DNA from: a virus
Lineage: Duplodnaviria; Caudoviricetes
IMG/VR virus record: IMGVR_UViG_3300031861_000003
Coordinates: 1-60,463 of that record
Direction: 5' to 3' (one strand)
DNA length: 60,463 bases
Of this stretch, positions 1 to 8,720 are shown one piece after another. Made by a program: the position numbers and the translations under genes. A model generated the notes under the pieces. The model was not told the DNA's origin, did not search any database, and saw only the letters and a list, made by a program, of their open reading frames with translations. The first letter of the stretch is position 1; the number at the start of each line of letters is the position of its first letter.

Positions 1-359
1 AATCCCCAAAGATCTTTAATCTTATTAACAACTTCTTGTGGATTTTGTGTAAAATCCTTAATGTTTGTTTTTATTGCTTTCTTCTTCTTTTCTTCAAGCT
101 CTTTCACAGCTAATGCGTTTTCTTCTTCAAGTAGTTTAAGCTTCTCTTCATATTCCTCCACTATTCTTCTTTGTTCATCTATTTGTTTCTGGTGGAACAT
201 ATTTAGAATTCTAATGTCTTCTTTGTGATTTTCTGCTTGAGCCTCAATTGCTGCTTTGTATGCGCTTGTACTCTGGTATGAATAAACCGAAAAGACGGAG
301 AGCGCAATAATCGCCACCGTCTTCCAGTTCTTTAAGAAATCTTCTAGCAGATTAGACAT
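1..359 (-). CDS. Membrane-anchored coiled-coil protein, probable i-spanin-like lysis protein (runs off window edge)
   Basis: Not in ORF track. Read manually from ATG at 359: MSNLLEDFLKNWKTVAIIALSVFSVYSYQSTSAYKAAIEAQAENHKEDIRILNMFHQKQIDEQRRIVEEYEKKLKLLEEE..., one N-terminal hydrophobic helix then a charged coiled coil, directly after a holin-like gene. Confidence 0.6.
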   Translation of the reverse strand, partial: MSNLLEDFLKNWKTVAIIALSVFSVYSYQSTSAYKAAIEAQAENHKEDIRILNMFHQKQIDEQRRIVEEYEEKLKLLEEENALAVKELEEKKKKAIKTNIKDFTQNPQEVVNKIKDLWG

Positions 360-366
360 CAGTGGT

Positions 367-570
367 TTAAGCACTAGGATATCCTCTAAGTTTTACGATT
401 GCATCGATAACACCTTGACTTCCAAGATAGATTGCTGAGATAATAACCCAGTCTCCACTTTCTAGACCTCCTGATAAGGTTAGCGCTGTTGCGGTTACCC
501 ATACTAGTAGCTTTCTAGAAATTGCTTTTTCGAGTGCTCTATCTGCTGCACCTTTGATCATGTTTTTCAT
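367..570 (-). CDS. Small holin-like membrane protein
   Basis: 67 aa, SRK motif followed by two hydrophobic segments, basic C-terminus; GGAGG RBS; late-type motif upstream. Confidence 0.6.
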   Translation of the reverse strand: MKNMIKGAADRALEKAISRKLLVWVTATALTLSGGLESGDWVIISAIYLGSQGVIDAIVKLRGYPSA

Positions 571-602
571 TTTTTGATACCTCCCATTTTAGCATCCTTC
601 AT

Positions 603-610
603 TAATTAGT
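603..610 (-). promoter_or_regulatory. Putative late promoter motif ACTAATTA
   Basis: Variant of the recurrent (A)CTANTTA motif, upstream of the holin-like gene. Confidence 0.5.
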
Positions 611-621
611 TAAAAATAAAA

Positions 622-3600
622 TTACTCTACTCTTACCTGTGCGTATTCTCCATTCTTTTCTATAAGAATCTGTGTATCAACACAATCTTTTAAGTTATCT
701 AAGTGGGTAATAAGGACTACTGTTTTAAAATAACACTTGATCATATCAAGAATTCTTACAAAACCTTCCATGTTGCCTTCATCCAAGGCAGTGCCTGGTT
801 CATCAAGTATAAATATATCCGACTTTGGCAACGAAGAGACAGAAAGCAGTGCTAGGCGGATGGCCATGGCCGCAATTGACTTTTCTGCTCCCGAACCCAT
901 ACTAAGCGGTCGAGCATCATGTTTGGGGTGTTTGATGTATATGTTTAGGCGCTTGCCTTCATTCTCAAAGAACACCTGAAAATCAACAATATTGGCAAGA
1001 ACCTTTGCGATCTCTTCGTTGATGACTGGAAGCTTGCTTTTAATGATCCCATAAGCTAATCCGTTTGGATGCATTGCCTTCATATATAGATTATAGGCAG
1101 AGAACTCTTCTTCTAGTTCTTGGAGATCTTTGATATTCTTCTTAGTATTCTCAACCCTTTGTTCTAAAGAACCAATGCCTCGACTAAGCTCCATGAGAGA
1201 TTCGTTGCATTCATCTTCTTTAGATAGGAGTTGATTCTTCTGAGCTTCTGCTAGAGATTTTGCTGCAACCAATTCTTCAAAATTATCAATTGCTTCTTTA
1301 TTTTCTTCTTGTAAAGAAATCGTTTTCTCCAAAGAATCTATCTCTGTTTCGAGGCGAGTCTCCACTTCATCATCACGAGAGATAATGAGATTAGATGATT
1401 CTGTTTCCCTCTCGATATTGGAATATAGTTCAACTGCATGCTCATATTTGTTTAACAAATCTTGAACTTCTCTCGGATTAAGATTTTCTATTTCTCTATC
1501 GTAGTTTCCGATTAAGACTCCAAGGTCGGTGATTTCTTTTTCTTCATCCGGTATTCTTGCTTTTGCCGCGTAGGCATCCGAAATGAATTTGCAAGTTGGA
1601 AACTTTGTTCCACAAGGTATATTCTCAAGTAACTCAACCTTTCCTTGACATCTTGTTAGTTTTCTGTGCTTAATTCCAAGTTCAGAAGTTAGATCTGTTA
1701 CTTTTTGATTTAGATCTTCTATCTTATTAAACTTTTCTTTAACCTCTTCAATATCGATACTTATAAAAAGCTTATCAAGTTTTTGCTTTTTAGTGATGTT
1801 GGACTTAATAACCTTTCTGTTATCTTTAAGGCTTTCCTTAATCCCAAAAAGTTGCTTCTTCTTATCAATAACCTGTACTTTTAACTTTCCAATATCTGCT
1901 ATATCTTCTGGAATATTATCTATTTTTTCTTGGATTTGTATTACAAGATCTGCCTTGTCATCTATCTTTGTTTTATAAGACTTACACATTTCTTTATAGT
2001 TATTAAGATTAGTCCTACATTGCTCTAGATCTGATTCTGCATCTTCTAGCTCTTCTTTGTAGGAATTGTTCTCTAGCTTTCGTATGGCGCCTCGAAGGTC
2101 TGCGCTATCTTCTTTCGCAAGGTTAAACTTAGTTTCAAATAATTCTAGATCTAGAAATTTAGCTAAGACTTCTTTTCTTTTTGTTGATCCCTCTTCAATA
2201 AAAGATAAGGCGCCGAACTGAGAAGACATGGAGGTTAATAGGAAATCATCAATAGTTCCAAAGTTTTTGCGAATTGCTGCATCTGTTTGGTTTCTAGTAG
2301 TGCCGTTAAGAGAGGATCTCTCGCCAGTATTTCTATCAACAACCTCAAAATCTAATAAAGTTTTTGCTTCCTGAGTCTCTGATCCCTTGAGGCGCTTAGT
2401 GTATTTCTCTGCTCTGCGATGGATATAATAATCTTTATTTCCAGAAGTTATACATAATTTAGTATCACATTCGCTTTGATGCTGGTTGATAATGTTAATT
2501 GTTTTTCTTTCATTCTTGGAAGTAGTATTAAATACTGAGTATAATAGACTATCTATTACACTAGATTTGCCGCTGAAGTTCTTCCCGAAGATGCCAACAA
2601 TGCCTTCGAGTTTATCAAAGTCTATATAATTGTTTTTTCCGTAATTAAAAAGGTTATGCCATTCAAGTGTTCGAACTCTCCAATTAACATTTCTCAGAAC
2701 ATCTTCTTTTTCCTCGGCCATTCTGTTGTATTTTTGGTTGAGATCTAAAACTTTCTCAACTAGTTCATCTTCAGCATTAAAATCTTCAAGATATTCACAA
2801 ATAAGTTGTTTCTGTATTTTTGGATCTCTAAGATTTAATGAGAGATTTTCTTCTTCGGAGCCTCCGAGTTGTTTGTTTGATCCTGCCTTGCTAACATAGG
2901 TAACACTTTCGGCGTTAAATCTGTGTCGTGCAGCGTCGACGGCCTTACTAACAACATTAATTGGAAGATTGGTTTTAGAAATAAGTCGAAGTCTAGCCTT
3001 TTCTGGTATATTGTTCAGTCCTCGTGGAAATTTGCCACCCTGAGTTAGCTCAATACTTATAAAGGGGCGAGGATTGTGTAGCTTAATATGTCGACATGTG
3101 AAAGTATCCTTATTTTCAATCTCCCAAATAAGAAAACCCTTGTCGTTAGTCTCTCCAAAGTTCTGCTGTACTGTAGAGCCTGGGTATCTGATTGTTCCTT
3201 TTAAATTTAGCTGCTGATTTGTCTTGTGAATGTCTCCGAGGAATGCATAATCGTGCTTATCAAACACGCGGACGGAATGATCTGTGTGTTCCATCGCCCA
3301 GTTGGTGTCTGTTTTCGAACCAGCTATACCGCCATGGTATAAGGCGATGTTAATCTTGTTTAAATCAGATGGGTCGACCCAATTATCCTCGTCAAAAACG
3401 GATAATACATTAAATGTTACAATATTATCTAATGAAAACTCTCCAGAATTCTTAAGAAGGTGCAAATTCTTATGATTTAGGGCTGCGACAATGGGAGTAA
3501 TGGCGTCTTGGCGACTAGAATTGCGTAAATTTCCGTCATGATTTCCCAAGATTAACACCGTTGGCGCAATATCTGCTAGATTTGAGAGGAAATTTGAACA

Positions 3601-3777
3601 CATTTCCACAAATTCTGGGCTTATTTGGGTCTTTGTATGGGCGATATCGCCGCAATGAACGATATAATCAGGCTTTTCTACCCTTAGTTTTTGGTATAAA
3701 TCATCGAATGCGACCCTATATTCGTAATGATATTTAAGATTTCTGATATGTGTGTCACTTAAATGTGCAATTTTCAA
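622..3777 (-). CDS. sbcCD: Mre11/SbcD nuclease - Rad50/SbcC ATPase fusion (T4 gp47-gp46-like recombination nuclease)
   Basis: Phosphoesterase motifs DTH, GDIAH, GNHD, GDIH; Walker A GKNFSGKS, long coiled coil, signature GSGAEK, Walker B ILDEP, H-switch LITH; TTG start with AGGAG RBS. Confidence 0.93.
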   Translation of the reverse strand: MKIAHLSDTHIRNLKYHYEYRVAFDDLYQKLRVEKPDYIVHCGDIAHTKTQISPEFVEMCSNFLSNLADIAPTVLILGNHDGNLRNSSRQDAITPIVAALNHKNLHLLKNSGEFSLDNIVTFNVLSVFDEDNWVDPSDLNKINIALYHGGIAGSKTDTNWAMEHTDHSVRVFDKHDYAFLGDIHKTNQQLNLKGTIRYPGSTVQQNFGETNDKGFLIWEIENKDTFTCRHIKLHNPRPFISIELTQGGKFPRGLNNIPEKARLRLISKTNLPINVVSKAVDAARHRFNAESVTYVSKAGSNKQLGGSEEENLSLNLRDPKIQKQLICEYLEDFNAEDELVEKVLDLNQKYNRMAEEKEDVLRNVNWRVRTLEWHNLFNYGKNNYIDFDKLEGIVGIFGKNFSGKSSVIDSLLYSVFNTTSKNERKTINIINQHQSECDTKLCITSGNKDYYIHRRAEKYTKRLKGSETQEAKTLLDFEVVDRNTGERSSLNGTTRNQTDAAIRKNFGTIDDFLLTSMSSQFGALSFIEEGSTKRKEVLAKFLDLELFETKFNLAKEDSADLRGAIRKLENNSYKEELEDAESDLEQCRTNLNNYKEMCKSYKTKIDDKADLVIQIQEKIDNIPEDIADIGKLKVQVIDKKKQLFGIKESLKDNRKVIKSNITKKQKLDKLFISIDIEEVKEKFNKIEDLNQKVTDLTSELGIKHRKLTRCQGKVELLENIPCGTKFPTCKFISDAYAAKARIPDEEKEITDLGVLIGNYDREIENLNPREVQDLLNKYEHAVELYSNIERETESSNLIISRDDEVETRLETEIDSLEKTISLQEENKEAIDNFEELVAAKSLAEAQKNQLLSKEDECNESLMELSRGIGSLEQRVENTKKNIKDLQELEEEFSAYNLYMKAMHPNGLAYGIIKSKLPVINEEIAKVLANIVDFQVFFENEGKRLNIYIKHPKHDARPLSMGSGAEKSIAAMAIRLALLSVSSLPKSDIFILDEPGTALDEGNMEGFVRILDMIKCYFKTVVLITHLDNLKDCVDTQILIEKNGEYAQVRVE

Positions 3778-3799
3778 GCGTACTTCTCCTGTTTATAAT

Positions 3800-3828
3800 A
3801 GTATAACATCAATCGCGAGGACTGTCAA
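3800..3828 (-). promoter_or_regulatory. Sigma70-type promoter for Mre11-Rad50
   Basis: TTGACA-17 nt-TATACT with TG extended -10. Confidence 0.8.
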
Positions 3829-3835
3829 GTATTAT

Positions 3836-4156
3836 TTATAAATCCAGTGCTAATTGGTCAATGACATCTAGAACTTTTTGCATGTCACCCTCAACACGCG
3901 AGTGGGATGCACTGGCTGTTGATAAATTGGATATTTTCATTACTTGATCTCTCATATCATCGAGCATGACTTCGATTGTTTTTTCTATCGGAATTTCTCC
4001 CGCAGGCATTTCGTCGGGGGCGCCTAAACTAATATCGGTGTTTGGTCTGCCTCTAGAAGTTTTATTTTTGAAATCAACAGGGACAACTTCACCTTCCAGC
4101 AAAGCCTTAATTTCTTGTTCAATAATTATTTTTAGTTTACTCTTAGTTATTTTCAT
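3836..4156 (-). CDS. Hypothetical protein, possible head-internal protein
   Basis: N-terminus MKITKSKLKIIIEQEIKALLEG, an amphipathic leader ending in an L-x-E motif. Confidence 0.6.
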   Translation of the reverse strand: MKITKSKLKIIIEQEIKALLEGEVVPVDFKNKTSRGRPNTDISLGAPDEMPAGEIPIEKTIEVMLDDMRDQVMKISNLSTASASHSRVEGDMQKVLDVIDQLALDL

Positions 4157-4325
4157 TGTTAGTATCCAGACAAGAAGTTTGAGTCTCTAGCAAAGTTACG
4201 AGTGTATCAAGCTTGGTGAGAATATCATCCAACTTTTCTGTAAGAGCGCCGGCGGCGATTTCCTCTAAGTCTGGATCGACTGTAATTGTTAGTATTTCTT
4301 CTAATCTAGTTAAATCATTAGACAT
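4143..4325 (-). CDS. Small hypothetical protein
   Basis: 60 aa, GGGGG RBS, ACTATTTA motif upstream at 4367-4374. Confidence 0.55.
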   Translation of the reverse strand: MSNDLTRLEEILTITVDPDLEEIAAGALTEKLDDILTKLDTLVTLLETQTSCLDTNNENN

Positions 4326-4336
4326 TTTGTGTCCCC

Positions 4337-5287
4337 CTATAAGCTTATGTTTGTTATAGCTTGATGTAAATAGTTTGTCTCATTTATAAATGTTGCTTTA
4401 TTTAATACTTTTGTAAACTGTTTTTTTGTCATCTCGCCAACATCCTCAAAGCCTTCTGTATCTATTTCTCTAACTTCAATTCCGTATTTAAGAAATAGCT
4501 TTTTTATTCTCGAAGACTTCTTTGTAGCGTCTGCATCGAGGGCTAGTATTACTGGAGTATCGTTTTCCACTATCTTCCGAAATAGCTTTCCTCTTTCTGT
4601 TAAGTTTGATCCAAGAATTGGAATTGCGTTTTTTCCTGCCTTGATTGCATCAAAGACACCTTCCACGATGATGACTTCTTTATCAAAGTTAATCATTAAT
4701 TCATTAAATACAATATTTCTGCTTACTGGTGGGTTTAGATATCGTCTAGGGTGTCCATCGAATGATCGTGCTACAAAGTAACTTATGTTGCCTTGTGTGT
4801 CAAATGAGGGGATAATGACGCGGCTTTTGTATGGTCCCGTGGAACAATAGCCCATGCGCCACCAGAGAGCGTCTTGTTGGGTGATTCCCCGCTTTATAAG
4901 GTATGATTTGGCCTTGCGGTAAGACAAGCTAGTAGAAGGCTCAGAAAGGGTCTTGTAGCCCTCGGGAAGAGGTACAACCTGGAGTTCTTCAGTTTCCTCG
5001 CCGGTAATGGCGTTGAACATGTCTACACCGAAGCGGCTGAGTGCTGGTGCTGTGCCTGTTAGCTCTCTCCATTGGTCCTTTTGTTTGAAAGAACCAAAGC
5101 GTCGGATTAGGCGATAAATGTCTTTGGAGCCAGTGCCGCATACCCAGCATTGATATGCGTTCTTTTCTAAATTGACAGATAGTTTCTTTTTGTGATGATT
5201 ACAGAAAGGACACTGGAAAAGTGATTCTTCTCCGGATGTATAGAAGTCTCCGAGAATGTTCCGTAGAATCTTTAGCTGTTCTGTCAT
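4337..5287 (-). CDS. dnaG: DNA primase (Zn finger + TOPRIM)
   Basis: CPFC..HH..CWVC zinc finger; RVIIP, FVARS; TOPRIM EGVFDA and DAD. Confidence 0.92.
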   Translation of the reverse strand: MTEQLKILRNILGDFYTSGEESLFQCPFCNHHKKKLSVNLEKNAYQCWVCGTGSKDIYRLIRRFGSFKQKDQWRELTGTAPALSRFGVDMFNAITGEETEELQVVPLPEGYKTLSEPSTSLSYRKAKSYLIKRGITQQDALWWRMGYCSTGPYKSRVIIPSFDTQGNISYFVARSFDGHPRRYLNPPVSRNIVFNELMINFDKEVIIVEGVFDAIKAGKNAIPILGSNLTERGKLFRKIVENDTPVILALDADATKKSSRIKKLFLKYGIEVREIDTEGFEDVGEMTKKQFTKVLNKATFINETNYLHQAITNISL

Positions 5288-5293
5288 GTATAT

Positions 5294-5322
5294 ATTATAA
5301 CTTAGATAGGATTGCTTGTCAA
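5294..5322 (-). promoter_or_regulatory. Perfect sigma70 promoter; primase mRNA probably leaderless
   Basis: TTGACA-17 nt-TATAAT, 6 nt (ATATAC), then ATG; no SD sequence. Confidence 0.85.
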
Positions 5323-5341
5323 GTTAATTTAAAATATTTGA
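5316..5341. repeat. 26-bp direct repeat R2, copy 1 (other copy 6283-6308)
   Basis: TTGTCAAGTTAA(T/C)TTAAAATATTTGA, 25/26 identical. Confidence 0.9.
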
Positions 5342-6205
5342 TTATGTACTTGGCTCCATATTACTAACATTAAAATCTTTGATTGCTGGACTCAATGTTT
5401 TTATAATAAATTGGGCGCCTCCGTACAATTCGGTTAATGCATCCCAGACTTTCATCACGCCGCCGCTTATTACGTCTCCAAGTACGCTCTTTAGGGCGCC
5501 TTCAACCTTTTCCTTTATAAACCCAATTACTTTTTCTTGAATTTCTGTAACAAACCATGTTACGAAAACTTTAATAGTTGCATCAACAGGGCCTGCTTCG
5601 GGGCCGGCTGCAATGATAGGTAAGAGATCAGCTATTTTTCCTAGACCATCTTCAACTAAACCTCCCATTTTATCCCATATATATTGTAAGGCAAGCGCAA
5701 GTGCGGTGACGCCTATCGCTTTTTGCAGGCCGGAGAAATTTTTAATGCGGGTCTCCACTTCATTGTACCATTTCAAAACTGTCTTCGCAGCTTTTATGAC
5801 AGGAGATAAAATCTTGCGTGATATATCAGAAAGATTATCTAAAAGGGCTCCGAGTTTATCTCGAATAATTATAAAAAATTTTAATATTGGGCCAGCGTCT
5901 TCGTCGGCGGCTTCATCTACTTCTTTATAATAATCTTCAATTTCATTTGGATCTGACCAGACTGTATGCAAAGCTTTTAAGAAATCCTTAATCTGTCCTG
6001 GCATTTCTTTAACATCTGACCAAAATCCTTCGAAGAGCATTTGTTCTTGAAGAATCTGATTTTGTAAATGAAAAGAATAAGGGTGCGATTCATTAAGTGG
6101 GATAGGAATTCCCAGAACCTTTGTGATATAAGCTTCATTGGCTAATAGGGCATCTCTTTTTTCAAACTTATTCCAACTTTCCATTATAACTTGCATTTCA
6201 GACAT
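5342..6205 (-). CDS. Hypothetical helical protein with MSEMQVIME leader (cassette 2)
   Basis: 287 aa; first 9 residues identical to the neighbouring ORF; hydrophobic/amphipathic helices; LFEG motif. Confidence 0.75.
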   Translation of the reverse strand: MSEMQVIMESWNKFEKRDALLANEAYITKVLGIPIPLNESHPYSFHLQNQILQEQMLFEGFWSDVKEMPGQIKDFLKALHTVWSDPNEIEDYYKEVDEAADEDAGPILKFFIIIRDKLGALLDNLSDISRKILSPVIKAAKTVLKWYNEVETRIKNFSGLQKAIGVTALALALQYIWDKMGGLVEDGLGKIADLLPIIAAGPEAGPVDATIKVFVTWFVTEIQEKVIGFIKEKVEGALKSVLGDVISGGVMKVWDALTELYGGAQFIIKTLSPAIKDFNVSNMEPST

Positions 6206-6285
6206 CTTTAGTTTTCTCCTGCAATAAATAGTATCCTGCTTTGGAAATAACTATGGCGTCTACAATGTCATAATAATGTTGTTTG
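6180..6285. repeat. 106-bp direct repeat R1, copy 1 (other copy 6996-7101)
   Basis: 105/106 identical (mismatch 6262 A vs 7078 G); contains the ruvC 3' end, ACTATTTA motif, AGGAG RBS and the start of the leader peptide. Confidence 0.95.
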
Positions 6286-6308
6286 TCAAGTTAACTTAAA
6301 ATATTTGA
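6283..6308. repeat. 26-bp direct repeat R2, copy 2
   Basis: Encodes QIF* of ORF 6296..7021 and an orphan TTGACA. Confidence 0.9.
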
Positions 6309-7021
6309 AGTCTTGATCCAACATCCGAATAATGGGCAAATAGATCTGGGTCTGTATTTTCCATATCTCTTATTATATCCGTTGATGCCTGTAAAACACC
6401 TTTGAGGCCCGAGTCGAGAGCTTCGAGATCTTTTAAACTAAAAGTTTCTGAACTTTGTTGAGCAGTGTCTAAAATTTTAATAGCTTTTCCAAATAATAAA
6501 TGTGTATCAACCACTTCTGCTCCTCGTGCGACTTTATCTTCGGCATATTTGTGGATAAACCCTCGAACTGCTTCATATTCATCCTGGGACAAGGGGGAAC
6601 CTCCATGCTCAACTGCTGCCATCGCGTCGTTCGAACCTAGATAGCTTGATACAGAATATAATACTAAAGCAACTACTACCATTTTTATTGCAAAGCAAAT
6701 CATTTTGTGGGCTGCACAAAATTTCTGCATCTTATCCCACAGATTTGAGGCTAGTTTTATAGCTGGCATTATTGCTTTTTTAGTTTTTTGAACTATCTCT
6801 ATTGCCTTAAAAATTGCCATAACAACAAAGTCGTTTACTTTCTTAGAAGCCTTCGCATACAAATCCTTGCCGGCAGCTACACCTTTTTTAAGAATCTCCA
6901 GTACCCCTTCTTCTAATAACTCGTTATATTCATTTAATAAAAACGCTTCATAATGCTCCACTAAAAGTTTGTCTGATGAAAATCTTTTCCAATTCTCCAT
7001 TATAACTTGCATTTCAGACAT
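6296..7021 (-). CDS. Hypothetical protein with MSEMQVIME leader and central TM helix (cassette 1)
   Basis: 241 aa; LLNE/LLEEG motifs; hydrophobic segment ICFAIKMVVVALVLYSVSSYL; start overlaps ruvC stop. Confidence 0.75.
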   Translation of the reverse strand: MSEMQVIMENWKRFSSDKLLVEHYEAFLLNEYNELLEEGVLEILKKGVAAGKDLYAKASKKVNDFVVMAIFKAIEIVQKTKKAIMPAIKLASNLWDKMQKFCAAHKMICFAIKMVVVALVLYSVSSYLGSNDAMAAVEHGGSPLSQDEYEAVRGFIHKYAEDKVARGAEVVDTHLLFGKAIKILDTAQQSSETFSLKDLEALDSGLKGVLQASTDIIRDMENTDPDLFAHYSDVGSRLQIF

Positions 7022-7101
7022 CTTTAGTTTTCTCCTGCAATAAATAGTATCCTGCTTTGGAAATAACTATGGCGTCTGCAATGTCATAATAATGTTGTTT
7101 G
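6996..7101. repeat. 106-bp direct repeat R1, copy 2 (native ruvC 3' end)
   Basis: Matches 6180-6285 at offset 816. Confidence 0.95.
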
Positions 7102-7544
7102 ATGTTACCGAATCGCGTGTATTCAACTTCAAACATTTTTTCGTTATCAATACAATGTTGCATGACAACTAGCTTCGCTTTAGTTCCTCTGGGAACTTTT
7201 AAACCCACAAGCTTTCTTGCTTCTCCGGCCATGATATGCTGGGGAGTTAAGGTAAACTCGTGATAACAGATCCAAGAAACAATTCCATTAAACTTCTGCA
7301 ACGTTGCCATTGTTTTGGCGGAGGAGCCTCCGGAGTTAAAAAATGTGAAGGGCTGCTCGATAAAGATATGAGTTATCTGGTATTTTGAATATAGAGATAC
7401 AAGAGTATCTTCTATCTTCACTGCCTTCTGATAAATGTCTTTTATCTTTTTGAGATCTATGTGTTCAATGTGAACAAGTTCTCCGTCTTTATTTAATACG
7501 GCGAGGCCTGTTACACTTGTGCTTACGTCTAGTCCAAGTATCAT
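7014..7544 (-). CDS. ruvC: RuvC-like Holliday junction resolvase
   Basis: ILGLDVSTSVTG, IFIEQP, DIADA acidic catalytic motifs. Confidence 0.85.
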   Translation of the reverse strand: MILGLDVSTSVTGLAVLNKDGELVHIEHIDLKKIKDIYQKAVKIEDTLVSLYSKYQITHIFIEQPFTFFNSGGSSAKTMATLQKFNGIVSWICYHEFTLTPQHIMAGEARKLVGLKVPRGTKAKLVVMQHCIDNEKMFEVEYTRFGNIKQHYYDIADAIVISKAGYYLLQEKTKDV

Positions 7545-7551
7545 TCTATAT

Positions 7552-7580
7552 ATTATAACCTACTTTTTACTAAATGTCAA
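7552..7580 (-). promoter_or_regulatory. Perfect sigma70 promoter; ruvC mRNA probably leaderless
   Basis: TTGACA-17 nt-TATAAT, 7 nt, then ATG; -35 lies in the last codons (LDI*) of the upstream gene. Confidence 0.85.
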
Positions 7581-8709
7581 GTTTTAATTTAAATGTAAAG
7601 TCTCTTTCTTCTGTTTTCTTTACTGGAGTTGCTAGATTTGCTATGCCTATTAAATTCCTATTCTCGTCGTAAATACCCACTTTTGATATATAAGTTGTTT
7701 TTTCAAAAGAGCCGGTTGGATCTGCGTATGGTGTTTTCACAGTATTCTTAATTGTTTTTTCTTTCTCGGAGTAAAATAGGGAACTTGTTGCTGGCTCTAA
7801 TGCTTTATCGCCATAATCAATAAATGTTGGGTTTGAAGAATAATTGATCTCGCCTCTTTCAGCATGCGCTAGCATCGTGATTGTGTTGGCGTAAGTTGTT
7901 CCATTAAAAACAATGCGGGACGAGATCTCATCATCGGGTGTTGAACCATCATTTGCGCCTTCAGCGAAATCTAGCCACCCCTTGCTGTCGGTAAGTTCCC
8001 AGGAGCCAGTTAGGAGGATAACTCCCTGGTCGTATAGGCAAACCCCCGCGATATCGCCGTCATTTGTATCGACGGCGCCGGAGCTTTGAATTAATTCTCC
8101 GTTTCTTTTAGAGTCGGTTAATCGTCCAGCAAGTGATCCACTACAAAAGAAGTCTAAAGATATACTTCCTTTTTTGATTGTTGAGCCATAAAAGAGAGAG
8201 GGAATATAAATAACATTTATTTCCTGAGTTGCTTTATCTCCGAGGCTGGAGTTATATGCGTAATGTTTTGAAAGCTTTTTATTATAATCAAGCGTATTTC
8301 TTAGAGCATCAACATGTCTGCGAGGCAAAGATGCTCCGGTGTGTTCCCTGGTGATGCTTGCTGATAGCGGGTAAGAGCCTGTGATCATATCTCCGTAATT
8401 AAAATCTTGATTAAACTCGCTTGTTGTAACTGTTCCAAAAGAGGAAAGCGTTCCGTCTTTTGTGATGAAGGGATATATTAGTCCTGTTTGTGTTTCATTT
8501 CTGTCAACGTTTAATTCGTAAAGACTCACATGTCCTGTCGGTATATTCGGAACATTGTCGGTAAATACACCAGTCAGGGCATTTTCATTTTGATAGTAGA
8601 TTGAACCAGATGTGCTTGTTAACGGAGAATGTACATCAAACTGAACCTTTGGGTGCATTTTGAGCCTATTATATATGAGGTCGTTTTCGTTGAACTTCTT
8701 AAATGCCAT
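7570..8709 (-). CDS. Virion structural protein (tail/baseplate), paralog of 9373..10329
   Basis: C-terminal NYSSNPT ... SKVGIYDENRNLIGIANLATPVKK..FKLKLD shared with the paralog; S/T/G-rich; ACTAGTTA motif upstream at 8718-8725. Confidence 0.7.
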   Translation of the reverse strand: MAFKKFNENDLIYNRLKMHPKVQFDVHSPLTSTSGSIYYQNENALTGVFTDNVPNIPTGHVSLYELNVDRNETQTGLIYPFITKDGTLSSFGTVTTSEFNQDFNYGDMITGSYPLSASITREHTGASLPRRHVDALRNTLDYNKKLSKHYAYNSSLGDKATQEINVIYIPSLFYGSTIKKGSISLDFFCSGSLAGRLTDSKRNGELIQSSGAVDTNDGDIAGVCLYDQGVILLTGSWELTDSKGWLDFAEGANDGSTPDDEISSRIVFNGTTYANTITMLAHAERGEINYSSNPTFIDYGDKALEPATSSLFYSEKEKTIKNTVKTPYADPTGSFEKTTYISKVGIYDENRNLIGIANLATPVKKTEERDFTFKLKLDI

Positions 8710-8720
8710 AACACTTATAA

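Noticed and set aside
6180-7101. R1 repeat pair as a diversity-generating retroelement TR/VR
   Set aside because: Only one mismatch, no reverse transcriptase in the window, and the repeat covers a promoter and start rather than a variable C-terminus
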